Source: Longimicrobiales bacterium
Lineage (GTDB): Bacteria > Gemmatimonadota > Gemmatimonadetes > Longimicrobiales > Gaopeijiaceae
Length of the DNA: 64,000 bases
Reading direction: 5' to 3'
Assembly (NCBI GenBank): GCA_965219445.1
Contig: CBDCNQ010000002.1
Span: forward strand, 752,830-816,829
Positions within the stretch are counted from its first letter, which is position 1. Each line of letters begins with the position of its first letter. The translations under genes and the position numbers were made by a program. The notes under the pieces are model-generated. The model was not told where the DNA came from, did no database searches, and saw nothing but the letters and a program-made list of their open reading frames with translations. Of the stretch, positions 18,085 through 27,272 are shown one piece after another.

Positions 18085-20361
18085 TCAGTCGAAGTCGCGG
18101 CGAAGGCGGGCGTGCCGGACCAGAAGCAGCTTCGTGCCGACGCTTTCGAAGTGGACCGTGACCTTCAGATCCCTGCCAAAGCCCGTGACCTCGCCAACGG
18201 TCCCCGAACCGAAAGTTTCATGCACGACCGCCTCACCCTTCACGAAGCGTGGCAGATCCTGGTTGATTCCAGCATCGAAGGCCAGATCGTCGTTACTCAG
18301 ACCGAGGTCGATCGACCCGCCCGTGTCCGGGCGAACGGCCCGGCGGCTCCCATACTCACCGCCTTCGCTCACGACCGGGGTAGCGGTCTTCTCCACGAGG
18401 CTCACCGGGATCGCGTCGACGAACGGCGAGAGTCGGCCATACATCACGTCACCAGCGCGACGGCGGCGGCGGGCATGGGTCAGGTGGAGTCTGTCCTGGG
18501 CGCGGGTAATTCCGACGTAGAAGAGGCGCCGCTCTTCCTCGAGTTCAGACGGATTGTCGTAGGCACGGGCGAGGGGAAAGAGCCCGTCTTCGAGTCCTGA
18601 GATGAACACGACAGGAAACTCGAGGCCTTTCGCATTGTGGAGGGTCATCAATGTGACTGCGTCCGCATCCGGATCGTGGCGATCCACGTCAGCCACCAGC
18701 GCCACCTGTTGAAGGAATAGATCCAATTCCGTGAAGTGATCCAACGTCTCGCCACCGAGTTCTTCCAGAAGCTCTGCGTTGTAGTCCAGCGCACCGGCAA
18801 TCAACTCGCGAACGTTGTCCGCCCGATCCTCTCCCTCCGGGCCTTCGTCCGCAAGGTGACGGAAGACGTCCAGTTCCTCCACGAGGTTCTCTAACAACTC
18901 CCCAACCCGCATCTGGGATGCCGAGGCGGAGTGCCTCTGGACCAGCGCGGCGAACGCGTTGAGACCCCGTGCGCCTCCCGTCGGAACGTCGGGCGCCTCA
19001 TCGGCCCGACCGGCCGCCTCGAGAAGGCTGATCCCTTCAAGCCTGGCCCAAACCGAGAGCCGCTCCAGCGTCGTATTTCCGACCCCACGTCTCGGGTAGT
19101 TGACGACCCTCTCGAAGGCACCTGCATCCAACGGGTTCGAGATGAGCCTCAGGTACGCCAGAACGTCCTGGATCTCCCGGCGCTCATAGAATCGCACTCC
19201 CCCTACGATCTGGTAGGGCAGACCGCGTCGCCGAAAGACGTCCTCCAGGGCACGCGACTGTGCGTTCGTTCGATAGAGGATCGACATCTCTCGATACGGG
19301 CGTCCCTGCCCCTCAGACACGCAGGCCTCGATCTTGTCGGCGATCCAGCGGGCTTCGTCCGTCTCACCGGAGGTAGTGACGAGCGTAATCCGCTCGCCGC
19401 CCATCCGATCGGTGCGAAGCGTCTTACCCTTCCGGTCCACGTTTTCTGCGATGACGGCGTTCGCGGCAGAGAGGATCACCTCGGTGGAACGGTAGTTCTG
19501 CTCCAACCGGACCGTGTGGGCACCCGAGAAGGCCGTCTCGAAATCGAGGATGTTTCTGATGTCTGCGCCGCGCCATCCATAGATGCTCTGGTCGTCATCC
19601 CCGACCACCATGAGGTTCCGGTGCTCCGACGCCAGAAGCTCCACGAAACGAAATTGGGCTCGATTCGTATCCTGGTACTCGTCCACCAAAAGGAATTGGA
19701 AGCGGTTTCGATAATCCTCAAGCAACTTGGTGTTGGATTCGAACAACTCTACCGGCTTCACCAGAAGATCATCGAAGTCGAAAGCGTTCTGCGCTCGAAG
19801 CGACTTCTGGTAGGCCGGGTAGACCTTGGCCACATTTCGGGCGAAGATGTCTAACCCCTCGGCGTTTTCCTCGGCGAACTGCTGTGGGCCGATGAGCTGA
19901 TTTTTGGCACTGCCGAGATGCCCCCGAATCGCCTTGGGGCTCCACCGTCGAGTGTCCAGCCCCACGTCTTCGGTGGTCCTCTTGATAAGCCTGAGGCTCT
20001 GCTCCGCATCGAAGATCGTAAACGTGTTACCCCACCCGAGTAGCGGTGCATGGCGCCGCAGTATCCGGGCTCCGAGGGCGTGGAAAGTGCCGGTCCACAT
20101 CCCCTTCGGCGCTTCCCCCAGCAAGCCGCAAATCCGGTCTCGAAGCTCTTCTGCGGCCTTGTTCGTGAACGTAACGGCCAGGATTCGATCCGGTGGGACG
20201 CCTCGTTCATGAATGAGGTGAGCAATCCGGGTAGTGAGGACCCGTGTTTTTCCCGACCCCGCCCCCGCCAGGACCAGCAGCGGACCCTCGAAGTGGTCCA
20301 CGGCTTCTCGCTGTTCCTGGTTCAGCTGCTCCAGGTAGACATGGGACGAGGCGTTGGGCAT
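18085..20361 (-). CDS. pcrA: ATP-dependent DNA helicase PcrA/UvrD
   Basis: AGAGSGKT, VDEYQDTN, VGDDDQSIYGWRGA, TLHNAKGLEF, EEERRLFYVGITRA, C-terminal Tudor-like domain. Confidence 0.95.
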   Translation of the reverse strand: MPNASSHVYLEQLNQEQREAVDHFEGPLLVLAGAGSGKTRVLTTRIAHLIHERGVPPDRILAVTFTNKAAEELRDRICGLLGEAPKGMWTGTFHALGARILRRHAPLLGWGNTFTIFDAEQSLRLIKRTTEDVGLDTRRWSPKAIRGHLGSAKNQLIGPQQFAEENAEGLDIFARNVAKVYPAYQKSLRAQNAFDFDDLLVKPVELFESNTKLLEDYRNRFQFLLVDEYQDTNRAQFRFVELLASEHRNLMVVGDDDQSIYGWRGADIRNILDFETAFSGAHTVRLEQNYRSTEVILSAANAVIAENVDRKGKTLRTDRMGGERITLVTTSGETDEARWIADKIEACVSEGQGRPYREMSILYRTNAQSRALEDVFRRRGLPYQIVGGVRFYERREIQDVLAYLRLISNPLDAGAFERVVNYPRRGVGNTTLERLSVWARLEGISLLEAAGRADEAPDVPTGGARGLNAFAALVQRHSASASQMRVGELLENLVEELDVFRHLADEGPEGEDRADNVRELIAGALDYNAELLEELGGETLDHFTELDLFLQQVALVADVDRHDPDADAVTLMTLHNAKGLEFPVVFISGLEDGLFPLARAYDNPSELEEERRLFYVGITRAQDRLHLTHARRRRRAGDVMYGRLSPFVDAIPVSLVEKTATPVVSEGGEYGSRRAVRPDTGGSIDLGLSNDDLAFDAGINQDLPRFVKGEAVVHETFGSGTVGEVTGFGRDLKVTVHFESVGTKLLLVRHARLRRDFD

Positions 20362-20378
20362 GACCGGCCGTTATCTGG

Positions 20379-21602
20379 TCAGGCCTGCGCCGTCGGGAGC
20401 CGGATTTCGAAAACGGCTCCCTCTCCCTCGCTGTTCAGGAGGAAGATCTGTCCCTTGTGCGTCACTTCAATGATGCGGCGTGACAACGTGAGACCCACCC
20501 CCCAGCCCCGGGCCTTTGCGCTCACCCCCGGCTCGAAGATCATGTCGCGCAACTCCGGACCCACGCCCGGCCCCGTGTCGTGGATGCGAAGGTGAAGCCA
20601 CCCGGGCGGACCTCTCCTGGCCTCGACGCGGATCTCTCCCCCTCTCCCGGCCAACGCGTCCAGGGCGTTCTTCACCACGTTCTCGAGAGCCCACGAAAGC
20701 AGAACCTCACTGCCGAGAACTTCGGGCATGTCTTTGGGGACATCCACGACCAAGAGTACCTCCGATCCGAGTCGCGGGAGGCGGGCCTGCAGGTACTGCT
20801 CCAGATCTCTCACGACCTCCCGGATGTCGAGGGTTTCGAGGGCCGGGTCTAGACCGATGAGCTCGAACCGGTGGCTGATCCGTTCCAGACGCACCAGATC
20901 CTCTTCGATTCCGGCAGCGACCGCAACGCCTTCCAAGCGCTCGGGTCTCTCCTCTGCGGGAAGGCTCATCAGCTCCAGCCAGCCCTGCAGGGAAGAGATG
21001 GGCGTACCGAGCTGGTGCGCCAGCTCCCGGGCCATGGCAGTCCAAGCCTTGTCCTGCTCCGCCCTTCTCTGAGACCGGATGACCAGGAATCCGATGAGCG
21101 CCGTTAGTATGAGTCCACTAGCCTGAAGCCAAGGGATCCAACGGAGACCCGAAAGCTGAGGCGTGTCACCGAAGTAGATTACATCCCCCGCCTCCCCTCT
21201 CACCGGTTCGCGTCCAGTCGCGTCGAGCCGGCGTACGAAGGCCTTCACCAGTTCCTGCCCCTCGGTCGTGAAGATGTCCGCAGGGAACGGGAGGTTCTGC
21301 ACCGATAGGACGCTGTCCGCCGGATTGACCCAAATCATCGGGATTCCCGACGCAATGATTACCTCTTGAAGTTCGAAGAGCCTGTTCTCGAATCCGCGCG
21401 CATCTCGAATGGGACTACCCGTGCCCGACGTTTCCGAACCGCCAGTGTCCTGAATAAGCTCCTGAGCGATGCTGAACACCTCGCTCGTCAGTTCCTGGCT
21501 TTCGTTGAGTCCGACGACGAGCGACTGCGTGTAGAGGAGATACCACCCGAAAAGGACCAGAAAGAGCGTGGCTAGTGCGACGGGCCACCTGATACGGATC
21601 AT
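20379..21602 (-). CDS. Membrane sensor histidine kinase
   Basis: Two TM segments; H-box ARELAHQLGTP; N-box ENVVKNALDA; DTGPG and GWGVGL G-boxes. Confidence 0.93.
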   Translation of the reverse strand: MIRIRWPVALATLFLVLFGWYLLYTQSLVVGLNESQELTSEVFSIAQELIQDTGGSETSGTGSPIRDARGFENRLFELQEVIIASGIPMIWVNPADSVLSVQNLPFPADIFTTEGQELVKAFVRRLDATGREPVRGEAGDVIYFGDTPQLSGLRWIPWLQASGLILTALIGFLVIRSQRRAEQDKAWTAMARELAHQLGTPISSLQGWLELMSLPAEERPERLEGVAVAAGIEEDLVRLERISHRFELIGLDPALETLDIREVVRDLEQYLQARLPRLGSEVLLVVDVPKDMPEVLGSEVLLSWALENVVKNALDALAGRGGEIRVEARRGPPGWLHLRIHDTGPGVGPELRDMIFEPGVSAKARGWGVGLTLSRRIIEVTHKGQIFLLNSEGEGAVFEIRLPTAQA

Positions 21603-21624
21603 GGCGTCACCGCTTTCATGCTAC

Positions 21625-22941
21625 TCAGCGATCGAGCACCTTCGGCCCGATGACCGCAAGGTCGAGCCGCTTCTGCAGCGGTTCAGGCACGAGGACTGTG
21701 CCGTCGGCCTGTTGGTAGCTCTCGATCAAAGCCACTATGAGCCGTGGAAGGGCAAGAGCCGATCCGTTGAGGGTGTGCAAGAAGCGTGGCTTTTCGGCAC
21801 CCGAGGGACGGTAACGGAGGTTGGCCCTCCGCGCCTGGAAGTCGCCGAACGTGCTACAGCTCGAGACCTCGAGCCACTGCCCGACTCCCGGCGCCCAAAC
21901 TTCGAGGTCGTAGGTCATCTCAGCCGAGAACCCAAGGTCACCGCTCGCGAGTTTCAAAACGCGGTAGTGCAAACCCAATTGATCGAGAATGCTCTCCGCC
22001 TCACCCGTGAGTTCCTCCAAGGCGTCTCTACTGCGCTCCGGGGTTTCGTAACGCACGAGTTCAACCTTATCGAACTGATGCACCCGAAGTAGCCCTCGAG
22101 TGTCGGCGCCGGCCGCGCCGGCTTCACGACGGAAGCAGGGGCTGTACGCCGCGTAGCGGATCGGCAGATCCTTGACCGACAGAAGCTCGTCCCGATGGAG
22201 GTTGGTGATCGGCACTTCCGCGGTCGGAATCAGCCAAAGATCGTCGCGTTCGCTCTGGTACGACTCATCGGCAAATTTGGGAAGCTGGCCTGTCCCCGAC
22301 AGCGTATCTCGCGTCACCAGATACGGGACCCGCAACTCGGTGTATCCGTGCCACCCCTTTTCCTCGCGGAAGCCTTGCGTGTGAAAATCGAGCATGAAGT
22401 CGATGAGACATCGCTGGAGTCGGGCACCCGAGCCCGTGAGTACCGGGAAGCCCGAGCCAGAGATCTTCGAGCCCCGCTCGAGATCAAAGAGTCCGAGGCT
22501 CGAGCCCAAGTCCCAATGTGGCTTCGGCTCGAAGTCGAACTCCGGGGGCGAGCCGACCACCCGCACGATTTCGTTCTGATCGACACCTCCGGAGGGCACC
22601 TCATCGAGCGGGAGATTCGGGGTCAACAGCATCAATTCCCGGGTTCGCTCCTCGGCGTGGCCGACTTCTTCATCGATCTCGGAAATCCGTGCGCCTACTT
22701 CCCGCATCTCGAGGATCATCTGGTCGGCCTCGCCACCACCATCGCGCTTGATCCGACCGACCTCCTTGGACACTTCGTTCCGCTGCGCCTTGAGGTCATT
22801 CACCTCGCTGAGTGCGGCTCGGCGGCGTTCGTCCAAGGCCAGCATCTCATCGAGGGCATCCACGAGGTCCTCCCCACCCCTCCGCGCGAGGGCGGACTTT
22901 ACGATGTTGGGCTCGCTTCGGAGCCTCCGAATGTCAAGCAC
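21625..22941 (-). CDS. serS: Serine--tRNA ligase
   Basis: MLDIRRLR, LIPTAEVP, CFRREAG, GLLRVHQFDKVE, EVSSCS, HTLNGSALA. Confidence 0.98.
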   Translation of the reverse strand: MLDIRRLRSEPNIVKSALARRGGEDLVDALDEMLALDERRRAALSEVNDLKAQRNEVSKEVGRIKRDGGGEADQMILEMREVGARISEIDEEVGHAEERTRELMLLTPNLPLDEVPSGGVDQNEIVRVVGSPPEFDFEPKPHWDLGSSLGLFDLERGSKISGSGFPVLTGSGARLQRCLIDFMLDFHTQGFREEKGWHGYTELRVPYLVTRDTLSGTGQLPKFADESYQSERDDLWLIPTAEVPITNLHRDELLSVKDLPIRYAAYSPCFRREAGAAGADTRGLLRVHQFDKVELVRYETPERSRDALEELTGEAESILDQLGLHYRVLKLASGDLGFSAEMTYDLEVWAPGVGQWLEVSSCSTFGDFQARRANLRYRPSGAEKPRFLHTLNGSALALPRLIVALIESYQQADGTVLVPEPLQKRLDLAVIGPKVLDR

Positions 22942-22942
22942 G

Positions 22943-23530
22943 TCACTCGTCGGTGGGGATAAGCGCTCGATCGTCGCAGAGCACGTTCACATCGTAAATG
23001 AATTGTACCGATCCTCGGGCGGGTTCGATCACTAACGGCTGGAATTTTCCATAGAAGACGCATGATAGCCCTAATCGATCTTGGCCCTTATGGGTCCTAA
23101 CCACATAAAGAGTGCCGGTCTCGACGGGGAGAGGCATGTCCCTCGTGTACAGAGTGGTGTCTTTCGGCGCCTTGATGACGTCGTCGAAGGCCGTCTCCGG
23201 CATCGGTAAGACTAGGGTTGCAGTGGTGAGGCCCAGGGTCCCCGGCAGAAGAAAAACCAATTGGCCGTCCCTCGTATCGAGGAGCACGTCCCATGAAGAG
23301 GTCACCCCTGTCGACTTCAGCACGAACGGGAGCCGCGCCACGAAGTCGAACCCAGAGGGAAGATTGAGCTCGGGACGAGCCAGTGAGTAGATCTGGACCG
23401 TGTCGACATTCGCCAGAGTCCAGTTCTGCTCAAAGATGTTTCGGCCGCAACCGGTCAATCCGAAGGCTAAAGCGAAAAATAACACCGCCGCACGTAACGG
23501 CCCCGATCTGGATAGAAAAGGTTTGTTCAC
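22943..23530 (-). CDS. Hypothetical lipoprotein
   Basis: Signal peptide with lipobox LTGC; stop is 1 nt from the serS start. Confidence 0.7.
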   Translation of the reverse strand: MNKPFLSRSGPLRAAVLFFALAFGLTGCGRNIFEQNWTLANVDTVQIYSLARPELNLPSGFDFVARLPFVLKSTGVTSSWDVLLDTRDGQLVFLLPGTLGLTTATLVLPMPETAFDDVIKAPKDTTLYTRDMPLPVETGTLYVVRTHKGQDRLGLSCVFYGKFQPLVIEPARGSVQFIYDVNVLCDDRALIPTDE

Positions 23531-23573
23531 TGCGAAGAGTCAGGGGACGGTTGAGGGCTGCCCGAAGGCACCA

Positions 23574-23603
23574 AGGCTATGCGAATCAAAGGGGCGCTGT
23601 CAA
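23574..23603 (-). promoter_or_regulatory. sigma70-type promoter for the lipoprotein-serS unit
   Basis: TTGACA-N18-TAGCCT. Confidence 0.6.
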
Positions 23604-23624
23604 CGCTCCAACCGCTGAAGTTCC

Positions 23625-23654
23625 TTGACTTCTACACCGTTTGCCGGGTAGGTT
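23625..23654 (+). promoter_or_regulatory. sigma70-type promoter for the response regulator-manC operon, back-to-back with the previous promoter
   Basis: TTGACT-N18-TAGGTT. Confidence 0.55.
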
Positions 23655-23690
23655 CCCGCGCCGATACCGCTCCAAAAGGGGCCCAAGCCC

Positions 23691-24092
23691 ATGCAACCAG
23701 CGGCGCAACGCACGAGCTCGAGTGGGCGCATTCTGATCGCCGACGACGAGCCTCATATCCGCCGTATCCTACAGACCCTTCTCGAGATGGCTGGGTTCGA
23801 GGTCGATCTCAGGCACGATGGCCTCGATGCGCTCGAGGCGGTCCAAAGCAGTGATCACTACGATTTGATCCTTCTGGATATCATGATGCCCGGAGCCACC
23901 GGCCTGGAGGTCCTCGGAAAGATCCGTGAAATGGACGAGCGGAAATCCACGCCGGTCGTGATCCTCACCGCCAAGGGGCAGGACGCGGACCGGCAAGCCG
24001 CTTTCTCCCTGGGGGCGGACGACTTTCTCACGAAGCCCTTCAGCCCGAAGAAGCTCCTTGCCCGAATCCACCAGATCATCGAAGGGGACTGA
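23691..24092 (+). CDS. Single-domain response regulator (REC only)
   Basis: ILIADDE, LILLDIMMPG, ILTA, DFLTKPF; no output domain. Confidence 0.93.
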   Translation: MQPAAQRTSSSGRILIADDEPHIRRILQTLLEMAGFEVDLRHDGLDALEAVQSSDHYDLILLDIMMPGATGLEVLGKIREMDERKSTPVVILTAKGQDADRQAAFSLGADDFLTKPFSPKKLLARIHQIIEGD

Positions 24093-25158
24093 TCCTCACG
24101 TCTACGTCACGGTCCTCGCTGGCGGAATCGGCAGTCGCTTCTGGCCAGCAAGCACGCCAGGCCGGCCGAAGCAGTTACTTCCCCTCGCCTCCGATAAGCC
24201 TCTTGTCGTCGACACCGTAAACCGGGCTCTCGGTCTCGTAGCAGAAGAGCGGATCCGGATCCTCGCGTCCGATCGCCTCAAGGAGCCGATCCTGGAGGTC
24301 TTGCCCAACCTCGGTCGTGAGGCATTCATGGTGGAGCCACAGGCGCGGGGCACCGGCCCTGTCCTCGCGTGGGCGGCATGGGAGATCGCCAAGGTCGACC
24401 CGGATGCGGTGATCATCTCACTCCACGCGGATCATATCATCAAGCCCGAGGCCACCTTCCTGGAGCTCTTGCGCGACGCCGCCGGCCTGGCCCAAGAGAC
24501 CGGCCGCTTATTCACGGTTTCGATCCCGCCGAGCCGCCCTGAGACCGGTTACGGATACATCGAGCCTGGTGACCCGCTCGTCGCACCCGCAGGCGTTCGC
24601 GCCTTCGCTGTCGGTGCGTTCCATGAAAAGCCCGACGTCGAGACGGCACACCGCTACATAGACGAAGGGCACTTTTGGAACAGCGGCATCTTCGTCTGGA
24701 CTGCGTCGGCCTTCTTGACTGAAGTGAGGACGGTGGCACCCGAGATCGGCGATCTCCTGCCGCTCATCGATGGCGAATCCCCTGAGGCGTTTTTCGCACA
24801 GGTGCCCAACCTCACGGTCGATGTAGCGGTGCTGGAGCGGAGTGCGAGCGTGGCGTCTGTCGCGGCCACGTTCGATTGGGACGACGTGGGTAGCTGGGAG
24901 GGCCTCACGCGGAGCCGCGAGACGGATCCCAACGGAAACGTCGTCGTGGGTTCCGGCCACATCGTGGACGGGAAGAGAAACGTCGTCTATGCAGAAGGCG
25001 GCACAGTCGCGACGTTCGGTGTGGACGATCTGGTGGTCGTGCAATGCGGCGAAACCACTCTGGTCACCACGACAGAGCGGGCACCCGACCTGAAGCGACT
25101 TCTCGAACAACTCCCCTCCTCGGTGCGTGAGCCGACGACCCCCGAGCGAAGTGCCTGA
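24058..25158 (+). CDS. manC: Mannose-1-phosphate guanylyltransferase (start codon uncertain)
   Basis: LAGGIGSRFWPAS...PKQLL, PETGYGYI, FHEKP, WNSGIF, WDDVGSW. Confidence 0.92.
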   Translation: MPESTRSSKGTDPHVYVTVLAGGIGSRFWPASTPGRPKQLLPLASDKPLVVDTVNRALGLVAEERIRILASDRLKEPILEVLPNLGREAFMVEPQARGTGPVLAWAAWEIAKVDPDAVIISLHADHIIKPEATFLELLRDAAGLAQETGRLFTVSIPPSRPETGYGYIEPGDPLVAPAGVRAFAVGAFHEKPDVETAHRYIDEGHFWNSGIFVWTASAFLTEVRTVAPEIGDLLPLIDGESPEAFFAQVPNLTVDVAVLERSASVASVAATFDWDDVGSWEGLTRSRETDPNGNVVVGSGHIVDGKRNVVYAEGGTVATFGVDDLVVVQCGETTLVTTTERAPDLKRLLEQLPSSVREPTTPERSA

Positions 25159-26402
25159 TGGCACTCATCCTGTTCGATGATGAACGGGCCCGCGCCTGGG
25201 CTCCTTTTTCCGTCACCCGGCCGGCCGGAGAGCTACTGTTCGGGTGTCTCACACTCCGTGAGCGCGCCGAACGCTTCTGGGGAGAGGCCTGTGTTGGCCA
25301 CGTCACGGATTCGCGGCTCGACGGATTTGCCGAACCTGGAGCCGCTCGGGTTCTCGATTCCGAGGCACTGGATTCTGCGCTGGAAACCGGCACTGGGGTA
25401 CCCCGAATTCTCTTCTCGAGTCGGGCAATCCCCGACTTCGCCCCCGCTCCTTCCGCCGACGAACCGGCGATCCTGACCATCCAAAGCGAGATCGTCGGTT
25501 GGGTTCTTCCCGACGGGACAGATCCGCCGGACGAGAACGACATGTTGAACCCGGATGACTCCGCCACGGGTCTCCCGCAGATCGAGATCCCGGGCAGAGT
25601 CCTGCCGAACATCTGGGATCTGATGACCGGTAATGGGGAGCAAGTGTGCTCCGACGTGCCCGTTCTCTTTCCCGAGAGCCGGTTCACGTTGCCCGAGGGG
25701 GTACACGTCTCCGGGGCCGAACGAGTGTCACTGGGAGAGCACGTGCACCTGGAGGCGAGTGTTCATTTGGACGCCACCGATGGGCCCATCCGCCTATCGG
25801 ACGGCGCTCGCATTTCAGCCTTTACACGGTTGGCCGGGCCCGCATTCGTAGGGCCCGAGACGCACCTCCTCGGTGGCTCACTTGGAAACGTCACGATCGG
25901 GCCCGCCTGTCGCGTCAGAGGTGAGGTTTCCGGCACGGTCTTTCTGGGTTACGCCAACAAAGCCCACGAGGGGTATGTCGGCCAAGCGTACCTAGGCAGA
26001 TGGGTGAACCTCGGCGCCCTCACTACGAACAGCGACCTCAAGAACAACTACGGCACGGTACGGGTTCATACGGCCGAAGAACCCGTGGATACTGGACTCC
26101 TCAAGGTCGGATGCTTCTTGGGCGATCACGTGAAGACAGGCATCGGCACGTTGCTCCCGACGGGCTGTGTCGTAGGTGTGGGTAGTAATCTCTTCGGTGG
26201 CCTCATGGCCCCTGCCCGCGTCCCCCCGTTCAGTTGGTGTTCGGGCGACCAGCTCGAGGAGTACGAAATCGAGCACTTCCTGAACACCGCTGCACTCGCG
26301 ATGTCTCGTAGGGAGGTGTCACTCGATGAGGGCAGCCGGATGTTGCTTCAGGGGGCGTGGGAGCGGACACGTCCGGAACGTGAAATGAGGGGACCGCAAT
26401 GA
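25158..26402 (+). CDS. GlmU-like sugar nucleotidyltransferase-like protein with hexapeptide repeats (FCB type)
   Basis: PFSVTRPAGELLFG N-terminus; NKAHEGYVG...WVNLGA...SDLKNNYG...KVGCFLGDHVKTGIG. Confidence 0.8.
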   Translation: MALILFDDERARAWAPFSVTRPAGELLFGCLTLRERAERFWGEACVGHVTDSRLDGFAEPGAARVLDSEALDSALETGTGVPRILFSSRAIPDFAPAPSADEPAILTIQSEIVGWVLPDGTDPPDENDMLNPDDSATGLPQIEIPGRVLPNIWDLMTGNGEQVCSDVPVLFPESRFTLPEGVHVSGAERVSLGEHVHLEASVHLDATDGPIRLSDGARISAFTRLAGPAFVGPETHLLGGSLGNVTIGPACRVRGEVSGTVFLGYANKAHEGYVGQAYLGRWVNLGALTTNSDLKNNYGTVRVHTAEEPVDTGLLKVGCFLGDHVKTGIGTLLPTGCVVGVGSNLFGGLMAPARVPPFSWCSGDQLEEYEIEHFLNTAALAMSRREVSLDEGSRMLLQGAWERTRPEREMRGPQ

Positions 26403-26433
26403 GCGGTTCGCCAACTTCGAGGGCACCGCACCC

Positions 26434-27255
26434 ATGAAGGTCTGTGTTCTCGGAACCGGTAGCGCTGGTAATGCAACGCTCGTCGAGGCGGGCGGGAGCA
26501 GGATCCTCGTCGACGCCGGGTTCAGCGGCCGAGAGCTGGAGCGGAGGCTTGGAGAGATCGGGCTGACTCCAGGGGCGGTCCATGCCATCGTGATCACGCA
26601 CGATCATCGCGACCACACCCACGGGGCCGGCATCTTCAGCCGTCGTCATGGCACGCCGGTCTACATCACGGATCGGACACGGGCCGCCTGTTCCGGGATT
26701 TTCCGCGGTAGCGAGCCCCTGAGGGCGTATCAGTCCGGTAGGACGTTCTCGATCGGAGCCATCCGGGTCGAGCCCTTCTTGACCGTGCACGATGCTGCGG
26801 ATCCGGTAGCCGTGGCACTGGTGGACCGAAACACCGGAGCGCGGGTGGGAATCGCCATGGACCTGGGACGGCCCAACGCTCAGATTCGGCTTGCGCTCGA
26901 ACACAGTGATTTCTTGATTCTTGAGTCCAACCACGACGAAGAACTCCTTCGGACGGGCCGGTATCCGGCATCGTTGCAGCAGAGAATCGCCTCGAGCCAC
27001 GGGCACCTGTCGAACCATGCCGCCGCCCGCTTCGCCTGTGAGCTTCTCCACCCTCGCCTTGCGGGCGTCCTCCTGGCGCACCTGTCCCAGGAATGCAATC
27101 GTCCGGAGTTGGCCTCGACCGTGGTCGGGGAGGCGTTACGCGGAGCGGGTTTCGAGGGATTCTTGGACGTCGCCCTTCAGGGTCAGCCCACCGACTTCAT
27201 CGACATCGAAGAACTGCGACAGCGTACAGGCCCCGCACAATTCACGCTGCTCTAA
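26434..27255 (+). CDS. MBL-fold metallohydrolase (YycJ/WalJ-like)
   Basis: LGTGSAGN, THDHRDH, LESNHD, GHLSN, LAHLS..CN. Confidence 0.88.
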   Translation: MKVCVLGTGSAGNATLVEAGGSRILVDAGFSGRELERRLGEIGLTPGAVHAIVITHDHRDHTHGAGIFSRRHGTPVYITDRTRAACSGIFRGSEPLRAYQSGRTFSIGAIRVEPFLTVHDAADPVAVALVDRNTGARVGIAMDLGRPNAQIRLALEHSDFLILESNHDEELLRTGRYPASLQQRIASSHGHLSNHAAARFACELLHPRLAGVLLAHLSQECNRPELASTVVGEALRGAGFEGFLDVALQGQPTDFIDIEELRQRTGPAQFTLL

Positions 27256-27272
27256 TGTGGTGTCGAAGGCCT

